Under the pieces are notes generated by a model that searched no databases, was not told the origin of the DNA, and saw nothing but the letters and a program-made list of their open reading frames with translations. Shown here piece after piece: positions 1 to 12,322 of a DNA stretch of 64,000 bases. The position numbers were made by a program, and so were the translations under genes. The DNA is from Octopus sinensis (taxonomy: Eukaryota), in the NCBI RefSeq assembly GCF_006345805.1, contig NC_043001.1, positions 32,984,001-33,048,000 of the forward strand, given 5' to 3'. Position 1 is the first letter of the stretch. The number at the start of each line of letters is the position of its first letter.

Positions 1-1710
1 TAATGGAGTATCACTACCTTTTATGTATATTTTTTATCAAGCACTGAGGATGTTTCATTTATGAGGACGTACCCCTTTATTGAGTCCTTCGGTTGCTTCG
101 ATAAAATGCGGATGTCAAATTGACCCAGTGTGCCTTCATGCTGATCTTTAGCATGTTGGTAGAGTATGAAGGACTGTTTTTTGTCGCCATATCGTCTCAA
201 ATGGTTATCTACTCTCTCTGCAGTGCTTCTAGATGTTCCACCAAAGTATGTCATATTCTTGTCTTTACACCTAATGGAGGATAGTCTACTAAGGTCATGA
301 TTTTCTAGGTAGTTACAGTCATACCTTAGTTTAGGGAGGAGGCCCAGTTCCCTCGTGTTGACTTCGCGAAACTAACTCATTCTCACCGATAATCTCAATG
401 CATTTTTCTCAGTAAAATCTATAGATGGGTAGAGTGAGACCACATCCATACTGCCCATTACACAACCTATGAGGTCGTTGGAGTGGTTGCAACTACTGAT
501 TCTACTGAGAAGATCGTGCGTACTCACAAAGACATCCGAGGACATTTCAATGAGTGATCGTAACACCTGTGAAAGGAAATAATTGCTACAGTTATTCGCT
601 ACACAAACTGGCCGGATTTGGGTCCCCATAACAAGGTTTACATAGAGTTTATGGTCCTTATGTAACCAGTATAGCGTATTGTTGAACGCTTGGAAATTTT
701 GTGCATTCAGTTTCTTGGCTTGGAGTATGTGCTCTACATTCCCATGTGTGCATTGAGAAGTTTTTTTACTCTTTTATGTTCCTGTGGTGCAACTTCTCTC
801 ATGCTACTGATGTGTTGTTGCATAGTCTGGACATAATTCTGTGGGCTGTCTATTGGCAGCCTGCCAGACTTGTCCGTAATTCTTTGTTCCTAATTCGCTA
901 TTTCAGTTTTTGTAGGCCATTGGCAACAATTGAATTGAGTTGGTGGGTCTCCCCCTAGTATGTTTTGTAGTGGTTTTGAAGTGTCAGAGTCTAAGATGTG
1001 CCGGAGTCTATCTCTAACTAAGGAAATTTTTGCCTCTCTCTCACAGTCAGTCTGTGGTGAGATATATACCCTTTTGCTGAAGGGTAAGAGTGGGATAGAG
1101 CCCTATCATGTATGATTTGTTGTTGGGGTTATAGAAGACATAGTGTAGCGTGCTACTGGTGATATTATCGTTGTGGTTGTTGTTACGGTCGCTGGCATTG
1201 CTTTTACTGGTGGTGGTGGTGGTGGTGGTGGTACTTGTGTTGCGTTCATTGTTGTTTTTGTTGTTTTTGCTATTGTTGTTATAGTTGTTGTTGTTATTGT
1301 TGTGGGTGATGTTAGTGTTTGTGGCGGTGTGGATGATGTGGTTGGCATTGTTGTCTGTGCGTGGAGTGTTGCATCTATTGTCATTGTTGTTGTTATCAGC
1401 TCTATTGTTGTTGTTGTTTTGGTTTCGTATGTTTGTGTTGTTGTTGTTGATGTAGTAGTAGTATTGTCCTAAACTGTGGTGGTGGTGGTGGTGGTGGCAT
1501 TGTTTTTCGGTGTCCTGGCGCTGAAGTCCTCTGATATTTCACATTCTGTCATGAGAATCGCCTCGATACTGTTTGGGTATCTGTGTTGATTCTTACCATG
1601 CTGAGATCGTTGTTGGCGCTGTTTTATCCAGCTCAGTTCGTTGTTAAAGTGTTTGTTACAGGCTTGGTTTATTCGCCGGTATTCTTGTTGGATCTGCATC
1701 AAAAACGATA
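1..1710 (-). mobile_element. Decayed Penelope-like retroelement (Neptune-like RT N-terminal half fused to GIY-YIG endonuclease)
   Basis: Minus-strand translations give GLQKLK*RIRNKE..TDKSG (~870-930), LYWLHKDHK (~650-680), RP..VA (ORF 372-629), MGSMDVVSLYPSID (RT motif A) and IRCKDKNMTYFGGTSRSTAERVDNH (GIY-YIG YxGxTxR..R..H pattern, ORF 21-254). A T/P-rich low-complexity linker lies at 1106-1500. Multiple stops and frameshifts. Confidence 0.75.
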
Positions 1711-1925
1711 TATATATATATATATAATATATATATATATATACATGTATGTATGTAAGTAGGTAGGTAGGTAGGTAGGTATACATATATATATATATAT
1801 ATATAGATAGATAGATAGATAGATAGACCAATATATAGATAGATAGATAGACCGATAGATAGATAGATAGATAGACCGATATATAGATAGATAGATAGAC
1901 CGATATATAGATAGATAGATAGATC

Positions 1926-1967
<42 letters not shown>

Positions 1968-1969
1968 CC

Positions 1970-2057
<88 letters not shown>
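1710..2057. repeat. Compound (TA)n/(TAGG)n/(GATA)n microsatellite
   Basis: Directly visible; source of the IYLS ORFs 1469-2096. Confidence 0.95.
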
Positions 2058-2058
<1 letters not shown>

Positions 2059-2519
2059 GTCCTAATATTTGTATGTATACACACACTCACATACACATTG
2101 TTACGTAGTACTCATTTCAATTTATTTTCAAGTTTGTTTTAATTTTCTCTATTTTTACATTTGAATATATAATTGTTGTACAAATGAATTCTTTTCGTTT
2201 TTATCGAGCCCTCTGCTAAAACGCTTCACTCAAATGAAATAACTGCGTTCTGCTTCTGCAATATATATAAGTGCTTCAATTATGATGTGACTTGTGATGT
2301 TCTTGTGTGACTAGTTATCATAAATACTCACACTTGCATGCGTGCGCATGTATGCTTGAATGATCATATGATCAAACCTATTCTTTTAACAATGCAGATT
2401 GAGCTGTTGGGTTTCGTGTGTGTATGTGTGTGAAAGAGCTTGCTTGCGTATGTTAATCAATAAAACCCCTTTGTCTCCTTTCTTTCTTTCTTTTACGTAA
2501 CGCGGGAAAATACATTAGC

Positions 2520-2558
2520 ATACACTATATACACACACACATATATATATATATATAT

Positions 2559-2596
<38 letters not shown>

Positions 2597-2664
2597 TACA
2601 CAAGCACACACATATGTGTTTGTGTGTGGTTGTATGTATGTATGTATGTATGTATGTATGTATG

Positions 2665-2729
<65 letters not shown>

Positions 2730-2797
2730 AGAGAGAGAGACACAAGCACACATATATGTGTTTGCGTGTATGGTGTGGTTGTATGTATGTATATATG

Positions 2798-2831
<34 letters not shown>

Positions 2832-3110
2832 ATATATATACATATATATATAGAAAGAGAGAGAGAGAAGCACACATATATGTGTTTGCGTGTATGGTGT
2901 GGTTGTATGTATGTATGTATATATGTATATATATATATATATATATAATATATATATATATATATAGAAAGAGAGAGAGAGAGAAGCACACATATATGTG
3001 TTTGTGTGTGTGGTTGTGGTTGTATGTATGTATATATATATATATATTATATATATATATATAATATATATATTATATATATTATATATACATATATATG
3101 CATATATTGT
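2520..3110. repeat. Compound (TA)n/(GA)n/(TATG)n microsatellite with ~4 higher-order units
   Basis: Block 'gagaga(g)aagcacacatatatgtgtttg(c/t)gtgt..gtggttgtatgtatg' recurs at ~2590, 2735, 2860 and 2980, separated by (TA)n. Confidence 0.9.
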
Positions 3111-4945
3111 GAATATATTCATATCTCAATACATTCAGCGTGATTCTTTACGTGTGTTGTTGTGTATATCTCTGTGTGTGCGTGTATGTATGTGCGCGTG
3201 TATATATGTAAAATATTACAGGCATACATTTTTCTTTCTTAACCTGTTGGAAGGTTCCTATATCTAGTATCTTCGCTCATATCCATATTTACAAAGATGT
3301 ATACTGTCTATTTGATATAGTCAGACGTACGCACGCAAGACCACAGAATCACACACACATACGAGTGTGAAACAAATACATACATACATGCAAGGATACT
3401 TCTCTGTCTCTCTCACACACGAACACTCTGCACATATATCATAATTGCTTTTAGTTACAGAAAGAAAAACACCTTGAATAACAAAACGAATACAAAACTC
3501 AGAAAGTGAAAGTAGACTGAATTTTACTTTCTAAAACATAATACTAACTTGAATGTTAAAAATGTCTTTAAAGGTGATAATGACTTTCGCCTTGATACTG
3601 AAATCGATTTGTTTTTGCGTAGTGATGAAATGATTAACAGAGAACTCATTGATGCAAATGTGGGAGAAATTTAAGCTGACGGTCTGCTAACCTGCTGCAA
3701 TATACATGGACAACCACCGGATAAGCTCATGGTTGTCTTAACCAAACAGTTTAATAACCTTGAATCACAAAAGTACAATAATTACCTCAATATAGTAAAA
3801 TCCTGAGACTTAGCATTCAGTCCTTTACGACGAACACTTAAAAAACCAAAGAGTCAAAGAACTAATAGGAATCCACACGTTTCCTTTTGAGCAAATAACT
3901 CTTTTAAACAAAGTTTTATTCAGTAGACAGACAATGCATCAGGAGAAATTACAAGAGAAAGATGTGCAAAACTTTTCAATTTTCTTTAAGTATAGTCACG
4001 TGACAGACAAACGTCTCATATTTTGCCGAACGTATTTTCCATTCAAACTACATATGTTGGTTCCAAAATCATTTAGATTGTTTTTTTCAGTGCAAACTGT
4101 GCAAAAGTTCTGACATCCATAAATAGCAATAATATTAATTGTAAATTGTCACTGGAACCATTAAATATCAACCAGAAACAGAATACAAGAAATACGAGTA
4201 AATACCTCAAACCGTGTGCTCTGCAACAGAACTTCCTGAAAATTCGGTTATATATGCAACTACGTCATATCTAATGTTTACCGATTTTACAGTGATTATG
4301 TAGTAATGACAGCTAACCAATTTGAGGACCTTAAAGGATCTTACCTCATATTAGCTGAAGAGCCCTGATATGGTGAAACTATTGTTATTCATTTCTCACT
4401 TTATCGATAAAGAATGTTTTATGGGACGTACTGATGAGTACATTAAGCTTTTGTTAACATCTTTGTTGCTAGGTTTATCAATATTTTTAGTCGAGAACTC
4501 TATTATGTTAACCTTCATATTCAGCTCTTTTCCTTTAAAAGCCGAGGGTCTTCCTGGTTAGAAATATATTGATAGGAACTGAGAGTAATATTAAACAAAT
4601 TAAAGCTCATTGCTGAATCGGGGATAAATATCAATTACTTACGAATAGATGGATATTTCGTTTTATATAACATCAATAGATTTCACCATTATGTGACTCT
4701 TCATACCATGCTACGTAAGAACAATTGTTCCTCATGCATAAGTTGAGTCTCAAGACAAGAATTGAGTCAATCCTCCTTTGTTGATATATTGATGTGCATG
4801 AACTATGCGGCGTGTATTTTCACTGGTTGTTGTATTTCTGGGATTCTAGCCCTTGTGTGCTCGGCAAATGTGAACGAGTGTGTCCCTTTGTGAGTTTGAA
4901 AGGTGAAATTACATGTGTTTGAGTGTAGGTTTGTCCGTGTTTGCG

Positions 4946-4977
<32 letters not shown>

Positions 4978-5052
4978 TATATATCTATATATATATATAT
5001 ATAATTATACTAATGTGTCCATCTGTTCTAATTTAATTAAATTCTGTCTTTG

Positions 5053-5139
5053 TGCAGCTGAAGATTGCTCTGCATTTTAAATTAATGTAATGATTGCATT
5101 CTTCAATTAAATGGAGTTGCATGAAACGATCGTACTGAA
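5053..5139 (+). ncRNA. Type I hammerhead ribozyme candidate with extended stem II
   Basis: CAG-CTGAAGA (5058-5064)-58 nt imperfect stem II-GAAAC (5123-5127)-GATC palindromic loop-GTA-CTG; stem I CAG/CTG. Confidence 0.55.
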
Positions 5140-5940
5140 TTAGCTCTGGATATCCTTGTTGCTCATTTTGATTTTATATATATATATATATATATGATAC
5201 ATATGTATGTGTGTGTGTGTGTGCGTGCGTGCATGCAAAGGCATTTTCCCTTTCCCGCGTTGCTTTCGACGGAAACAATATATTCCTTTATTTTCTCAGT
5301 AATTTTGAATAGCCTGGCAACTGCTGTCAGAGCAGGTAGTATTGTGGGATACAGTGATATGCCTGGGTAGTTAGATAATTTAGAGGAAAAGACTGTCATA
5401 AACGGTTGTGAATGGGGTGACGGTGGATGCGGATGGTGAGATGCTCTGTGATGCTTGAAATAGAAATACGACATGACTATTGTTTGTTCATTTAAGAAAA
5501 TTACAAAAACAACAAAACTTCGTTAACGATTAGTGTATTAGTGGACTCGCTGAATAGAAATCTTAAGAAAATATAATTGAAGCAAACGTGAGTTTCTTAC
5601 CAAGTCCTTAAATTATGAGCCGGTTCTTACTCAATGTTACATATGATATTCGAATTTATAATTTGGTTCACATACTCATATAGTAGGTTTCTCTGGAAAA
5701 AACGAAAAATGATAGCATGATGATCATGATAGAAGTAACAATGACAACAACAATAAAAGAAACAAAGCAATAAAAGTAATAGGTTTTGTGTGTGTGTGTG
5801 TGACAGAAAGGCGACCGGTGGGGAAGCATTTCAAACTGTGGAGAGATACGCAGAATCGCATGTGAAAGAAAAACAGTCACAGGAAAGAAAATTACAAAAC
5901 AAAAACAAAAAGGCATGAAATGACGACCTCAATCTACTAC

Positions 5941-6263
5941 TTTTTTCTTTATTGCCCATAAGGGGCTAAAAATTGAGGGGACAAACAAGGACAAAGTCGA
6001 CCTGGGCGGAATTTGAACTCAGAGCATAACGGCAGACGAAATACCTATTTCTTTACTACCGACAAGGGGCTAAACACAGAGAGAACAAACAAGGACAGGC
6101 AAACGGATTAAGTCGATTACATCGACCCCAGTGCATAACTGGTACTTAATTTATCGACCCCGAAAGGATGAAAGACCAAGTCGAATTGGAACTCAGAACG
6201 TAGAGGCAGACGAAATACCGCTAAGCATTTCGCCCGGCCTGCTGGCATTTCTGCCAGCTCGCC
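5941..6263 (-). mobile_element. tRNA-derived SINE, Meta-domain-like, dimeric
   Basis: A/B-box-like head, body 'tttcatcctttcggggtcgataaattaagtaccag', 11-bp TSD caatctactac at 5930-5940 and 6264-6274. Confidence 0.85.
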
Positions 6264-6694
6264 CAATCTACTACCTGCAACCAGTCAGGGAAACCTACAG
6301 AACCTGACTTACTCTTGCTGCTTGAGAAGTCGTCTTTCCGACCTGTGTTCACTGGTCTGCTTCTTTCATCTGCCTTTTAATAAATTTATCAGAAAGCACT
6401 ACTTTAGTCTTCGATATCATCTCTCTGTCCAATTGGAACTGAAAGAAGTTGCGAGTGTTTGACCGAAAACAAAAGTGTACCCTATTTAATCGCTTTCGTT
6501 ATAGCCACGAAACAAGTAAATATGTCCGTTGTTTCCGGTAAAAGAAAGTACCCGGGCTATCCACAAGGATAGGGTCGGCTAATACACGGATCTGTCACAC
6601 GCGTAACATTGGGTGCAGAACAAATCTGCAGATCAACAATGTGCAAACACTAAACACTTAGGTGTAGAACGGTTTCGTCGATCTCCGCAAATCT

Positions 6695-6774
6695 CGTACA
6701 GGTGTGAATAACATCACTTCCGTACAGGTGTGAATAACATCACTTCCGTACAGGTGTGAATAACGTCACTTCCG
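6695..6774. repeat. 3 x 26-bp tandem repeat carrying E-box and ETS-like motifs
   Basis: Unit cgtacaggtgtgaataacatcacttc at 6695, 6721 and 6747 (one substitution in unit 3), no spacers. Confidence 0.95.
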
Positions 6775-7078
6775 AGTTAGCTGCATCCCCAAGCTCATCC
6801 ATAATTATGATGAAATATTTCAGGTTTCTATAAGGAGACCCAATGTTGAATGTTACCTAAATTACTCATAAATCCATGTAAACAAGCAGTTATTATACTT
6901 CACGGTGGAGTGTATCTGACTGATTTTCTGGCTTTCTTTCCATTGAAGCATCAAGGTACTATCTTTGTCTTTCTTGTTTTGGTGGATAATTAGAGCTTCA
7001 CTGATCTTTCACACAGTTTTAAGTCTGCGATATAACACGTTTGTCTTGTCATCTAGTTTTATTGTTGAAATATCTACC

Positions 7079-7117
<39 letters not shown>

Positions 7118-7591
7118 ATATATATAGTGTGTAGATATGATTAAAATCCAAGTTATGATCTCTTGAAGTACGTCTGCTTATTCCAGTATTCTAAATCAGT
7201 ATTTTGACGTTATATTTGTTTGAAGAATGCATAAAAGTTGAAAGGAGTTGAAAATTCTGCTGAACATTTTCTGTAGAGTGATATTATAACAAAACAGATT
7301 GAAAAGTTTTTGGTATTAACTTATTTACCATTATACATATTCCATTTGCTAATAGGAGTTTATAATTGAACATGCAAGATATCTAGTAGAAACATATCAA
7401 ATATTATTACTATAATTATATTATTAATATTGGTATTTTTTGATTATCTGTCTGAAGAATTTCTAGTAGGAGATATCTTACATGTTTCCACTACATGTAC
7501 AATTTTGTAACATATATGAGTAAATGAAACATGTGTAATGGTGATAAATAATATCAAAAAATGTCCAATCTCTTGTTATATATATATATGC

Positions 7592-7660
<69 letters not shown>

Positions 7661-8699
7661 TACATATATATAGACATACATATACATACACACACACACA
7701 TATATATAAATAGTGAAGGCGTGTGGTTGGTGTATTCGGCTCACACGAATGCCCTTGCAAGCAAGTAAAAACATCCATAGAGAATCAATGTTAGTGTTGA
7801 AGACAAAAGTTTGAGTTGTCTTTATAAACTTCGTAAAAAATTATCATGCAAATATGATGAAGAAATGTTGTAGACATACTGATGAATAACGTGCTAAAAG
7901 CAAACCCAGAATATTTTCATAAGAACATAGTAATGATATTGTTGTAATAATTCGCAGAACACTAGTGAAAGGTTATAATATCGTGCAGAAGTGAACTAAC
8001 AATTTGAAGCATGTGATTTAAAGTCACTCCAGCACGAAAAACATTTTTTTCTAATATTGTTATTAGTACATCTTGTATGAATTGGGAACTATTTTGTATA
8101 CATGGAAACAGTTTAAAAGTAACTTCAGATCGAAATTAACAATACTAAGATGTGTAAATGCTATTAGAGAATGGCTGTCACACAATCTCATTTAGTCCGC
8201 CTTTGTGCCAACGAAAGAAATCAATATTAAGCCAGACGTAGCATTTGTTGAGTGATCGAACAATTCATGACGCGTGGCCTTCTTTTGATATTATTAAGAC
8301 GGTTCGATAATTTTGTTGTTGATTCTTAACGTTTTGTATGCAGATAGCGTGTGTCCTCAGAGGCAGTGTTGCTGATGAAGTATACTCCCCGATATTCTTG
8401 AATTTTGGGAATGGTGATGTAAAAAAGAGGTGCAAAAATACCCGAAAAGACTGCCAGCCTATGTGAATGAGATGCTAGAAAACTGTTTGTGAAAACACGT
8501 AAGTGCGGGAAAAAGAATCAAGAGAGGTGGGAAGTAGAAAACTGCTTATATATAGAATTGAACAAATACAAAAAGAAATAGAATCACATATGGAAAGTTC
8601 TTCAAACAACCAACATAAAGTATCGACGGGAGAAACCTGCAAAGTGAACAACTTAATATAAAAGGGAACGTAGGATTGAAAATAGAAGTAACTCAACAT

Positions 8700-8878
8700 A
8701 TACTCTTTTACTCTTTTACTTGTTTCAGTCGTTTGACTGCGGCCATGCTAGAGCACCGCCTTTAGTCGAGCAAATCGACCCCAGGACTTATTCTACCGGT
8801 TTCTTTTGCCGAACCGCTAAATTACGGGGACGTAAACATGCCAGCATCGGTTACCAAGCGATGTTGGCGGGGTGGAAA

Positions 8879-8936
<58 letters not shown>

Positions 8937-9087
8937 CATATATACATATATACGACGGGCTTCTTTCAGTTTCCGTCTTCCAGATCCACTCACAAGGCTT
9001 TGGCCAGCCCGAGGCTATAGTAGAAGACACTTGCCCAAGTTGCCACGTAGTGAGACTGAACCCGGAACCATGTGGTTGGTAAGCAAA
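8700..9087 (-). mobile_element. tRNA/CORE-type SINE (family A), head truncated, internal (CA)n(TA)n
   Basis: Matches copies at 34960-35365 and 43105-43525; contains CORE-like 'ttgggcaagtgtcttct'. Confidence 0.9.
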
Positions 9088-9089
9088 AA

Positions 9090-10860
9090 TTTGTTCAGTT
9101 TTTGCGAATTTTTAAAATGATTGCTGTTTTGGGGGAGTATCTTTGCCTCCAAAGATTGAACGACTTGTATACCAGTTTTTGTGGAAGTTGTGATCCAGTT
9201 GTGGAGTTCCGGGTTCAACCTTGGCCGGGAGTACCTTGTGGCTGAAGACTTTCTTTGCTGTGTTTTTGAACTATTGACTTTCTTTCTTCTAAACTTTTTT
9301 TACTTTCTTTTTTCGTGAATTGTTTTCTTTTTCTTCTTTCTATTTTATTGTGACTTTCTTTTGATTTCGTTTTTTATTCTCTCTTTTTAAGTTTAATTTT
9401 GAACTATTTTCGAACTGTTATAAAAAAGGAATAAAAAAAAAATGTTTTGGAGTGGGAAATTATACCACCCAAACAGTGGTTGAAAGACCGTGAAGATAGG
9501 ACGGTGGTGTTGAGGACCTACTCCAAGTCACCCGACACCATCGCCCTATTCGAAAAGTCTATAATTGAAAAGGTGTTGGCAGAGTATTTGCCAACAATTA
9601 AATTCATTTCCAGTGGTGTCAAATACGCAACGGTGTGGTTACTATTTGACACCCCTGAAGAGGCTCGCGAATTTGCGAGCCAGCCCTAGGAGGGCAAGGA
9701 AATTTTGTTTCTTCCCACGTATTGTGTGAGGAGGTTGACAAGAGCTTGGTTCTGCGGGTTGCCACCCGAGATAAAACCCGAGTGGATCGAGGAGACCATC
9801 CGCCAGGGTCTGGGTGGCAGCGGAGTCAAGCTCCTTAATGGGAAATTTTTTCCTGCGGCTGATTGCGTTGGGTCAAAAGCTCTTTTGACCCTTTGGACCC
9901 AATCAGCCAATCTGGTTTTTCCAGATTTTTTTTAATTGGCTGGGTGCAGATAGCCGGTGATTCTTGAGGGTCACCCCACCCCAGTGTCATCGGTGCCTGG
10001 AGCCTGGCCATATAAAGAAAAACTGTCCCCAGGAACAAAGTAAGATCCTGGAGCAGTTGAGTGAGACCTCTGTAGAAGAGGGAATGAAGGCGGCCGAGGA
10101 GGCAGAGGACTCCTCAAAGAGGGGCCGCAAGAGGAAGAAGGTGAGCAACAATGGGTGCTCACCGAAGGATCTTATGGATGAGGAAGGGGAGGCGAATCTC
10201 CCGGTCACGGAGGAGGTGCACACTACCTCAGTTGAAAAGAAATAAAGAGAAAGCGGAAGAGAAACGGGACATTGCCGGCAGTCGGTGACATAGTACCAGA
10301 ATGTCCCGGAACTACGTCGGTTGGGGTTGTGCCACCGGCAGGGGGAGAGACACCGTTGTAAGGAACTGTGCCGCCAACGGTACAATTGGATATCCCACCC
10401 TCGGAGGAAGACGAATTATTGGTCTGCTTCTATATAGGCAGAGAGGTTGAAAAGGTAGTAGAAAAGCACCATAAGGTGCCACCTTTAGCCTGCACACAGG
10501 ATCCCGAATGGCCTCTGCAGATAGCTGTCGAGGTCATAACGTTGGAAGTGACTTTAAGCTGGAGGGACTCAATGAGAAATATCGCTTGTACCCGGGCGAC
10601 GCCGACACGGCACCCGCTTTGATCTTGAATGAGGCGTGGGGGATGGCGGAGGATGCGGGCACAAGCGATGTTGAAGAGGAATATAGATAAGAGGTTGAAA
10701 AGCCTGTGTTATTGAAAGTTCCTTTTGTTATTAAATATTGTGAACAGTGTAGAGGTTAGTTGACTCATGAACAATATACAAGAGATCAATGTACTCGGGA
10801 AAAAATCGATCGGCGGGCGTCGTTTTTTCTACCATTAATCATCATTTTCATTTTCATTTC
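9090..10860 (+). mobile_element. L1/Tx1-type non-LTR element: T-rich 5' UTR plus disrupted gag-like ORF1, ORF2 essentially absent
   Basis: ORFs 9447-9689 and 9705-9935 are one frame split by a single TAG. A frameshift at the poly-T near 9925 leads to PPQCHRCLEPGHIKKNC (CCHC zinc knuckle), a basic RGRKRKK segment and an acidic C-terminal region ending at 10690. Ends in (CATTT)n. Confidence 0.7.
9447..10690 (+). pseudogene. gag-like ORF1p with CCHC zinc knuckle (stop and frameshifts)
   Basis: Cx2Cx4Hx4C in ORF 9964-10245; pieces 10368-10622 and 10508-10690 continue after frameshifts. Confidence 0.7.
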
Positions 10861-10927
10861 ATATAACACTATGTCTACGTCCAGCACTCAACTTCCTTTC
10901 TCTGTGTAAGGCCTTATGGTCAATATT

Positions 10928-11240
10928 CCGGGTGCAGTTCCACTGCGTGGCAACTTGGGCAAGTCTCGAGCCGACCAAAGCCTTGTGAATGGATTTGGTA
11001 GAGAGGAAACTGAAAGACGCCCGTCGTGCTTATATATATATGTTTGTATATTTATGTGCGTGTTACTTAGTGTTTGTGTTTGTCGCCCCACCATCGCTTG
11101 ACAAGCGATGTTAGTGTGTTTATGTACCCGAAATTTAGTGGTTCGGCAAAAGAGACCGATAAAAAAAGTACTAGGCTTACAAAAAATCAATCCTGGGGTC
11201 GATTTGTTCGACAAATGACTGAAACGTGTAAAGGAGTAAG
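10928..11240 (+). mobile_element. tRNA/CORE SINE family A, head truncated
   Basis: 'cttgggcaagt...gccgaccaaagccttgtgaatggatttggtaga' and shared 3' region. Confidence 0.85.
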
Positions 11241-12045
11241 AAAGTGAAAAGTATAATAGCGTGAAGCTTCATTTGACTGCAGTGTCTTGCCAGTTCTTAT
11301 TGAGTTCACTGTATAAAATTGATAATACACGCTTCATTATTCTAAAGTTCGTTTACCAACCGGGTTAACTTTACTTGAACCAAACTTCATGAATTATTTG
11401 ATTATCAAGTCCATTACTTATCAAACTTAGCAAAACTTGTATCTACTTTTTAAACTGGTTTAATCAAAATTAATTCAGATCTTTAATAGATTACTTCAGT
11501 CTGGACGAAACGGAAGCATAGACACAATATAGATAGACTGATAATTAACAGTATTCAGTTTTTGAAAGAAATCATGCTATTTATTAACTAATGACTGCCA
11601 ATGATCAGTATTCTGATAGCATTAATGCCAATAAGTTTATAAGGACTTTTTCATTTTGTACATTGAGAAAATTTATGCACTTACAAACTGTGCACGGGCT
11701 AAGACGTATGATCAAAGATCTATAGTGGAGAGAAAATAATATGTGTTCTAATGATTTCTTTCTCAAAATATATATCGTGTAAATGAAGTGAAACTGCTTC
11801 TACACGCAATAGAAAGCAGTTTGAGATGTACGCCACCAAGGAAATTTCCATTCTTCCACGGCACTTAACCACGGTGACGGCTGATACTATTCTTAACTTA
11901 CTGAACTATAAGTTATCAAGAAAACCAAAAGTAGATGTCATTTTGATTTCACAGATAACTTCGTCTGCATTTAACATTAATATAGAAATTTTGATGATGA
12001 GGTCACGAATCGACTGGGTTGTGAGATTCTCGGATAATATATCTT

Positions 12046-12322
12046 GTGGAGGCACATGGCCTAGTGGTTAGAGCAGTGGACTCACGGTCAAGGGATCGTG
12101 GGTTCGAATCTTAGACCGGACGATGTGTGTGTTTATGAGCGAAACACCTAAGCTCCACGCGGCTCCGGCAGAAGGTAATGGCGAAACTTCTGCTGACTCT
12201 TTCGCCACAAATTTCTCTCACTCTTTCCTCCTGCATCTTGCAGCTCACCTGCGATGGACCGGGAAACCGGCCCTTATGAGCCAGGCATGGCTCGGGAAGG
12301 AACAAACAAACAAAACAAAAAC
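12046..12322 (+). mobile_element. tRNA-derived SINE family B, tail type 1
   Basis: GTGGAGGC..TGGCCTAGTGG A box, GGTTCGAATC B box, (AAAC)n tail, 12-bp TSD ataatatatctt at 12034-12045 and 12323-12334. Confidence 0.9.

Noticed and set aside
1173-1472. Val/Ile-rich 'membrane protein' ORF
   Set aside because: Antisense of the (ACA)/(CCA)-rich low-complexity tract in the Penelope remnant.
4351-4390. Hammerhead-like CTGAAGA-GCC..GGT-GAAAC-TATT-GTT
   Set aside because: Stem I cannot form (tag versus att), so not callable; may be a fossil.
4207-4556. Fibronectin-III-like minus frame (PGRPSAFKG..SFTISGL..YYIITVKSVN) and candidate exons 4400-4553 and 4206-4235
   Set aside because: Two in-frame stops, missing conserved Trp, and mutually incompatible splice arrangements; likely over-reading.
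5300-5335. Plus-strand 36-nt exon (ILNSLATAVRA) with strong acceptor
   Set aside because: Too short to distinguish from chance and no supporting neighbours; the overlapping minus ORF 5163-5474 is equally unsupported.
6695-6774. CRISPR-like repeat array
   Set aside because: Repeats are head-to-tail with no spacers, there are no cas genes, and the context is eukaryotic.
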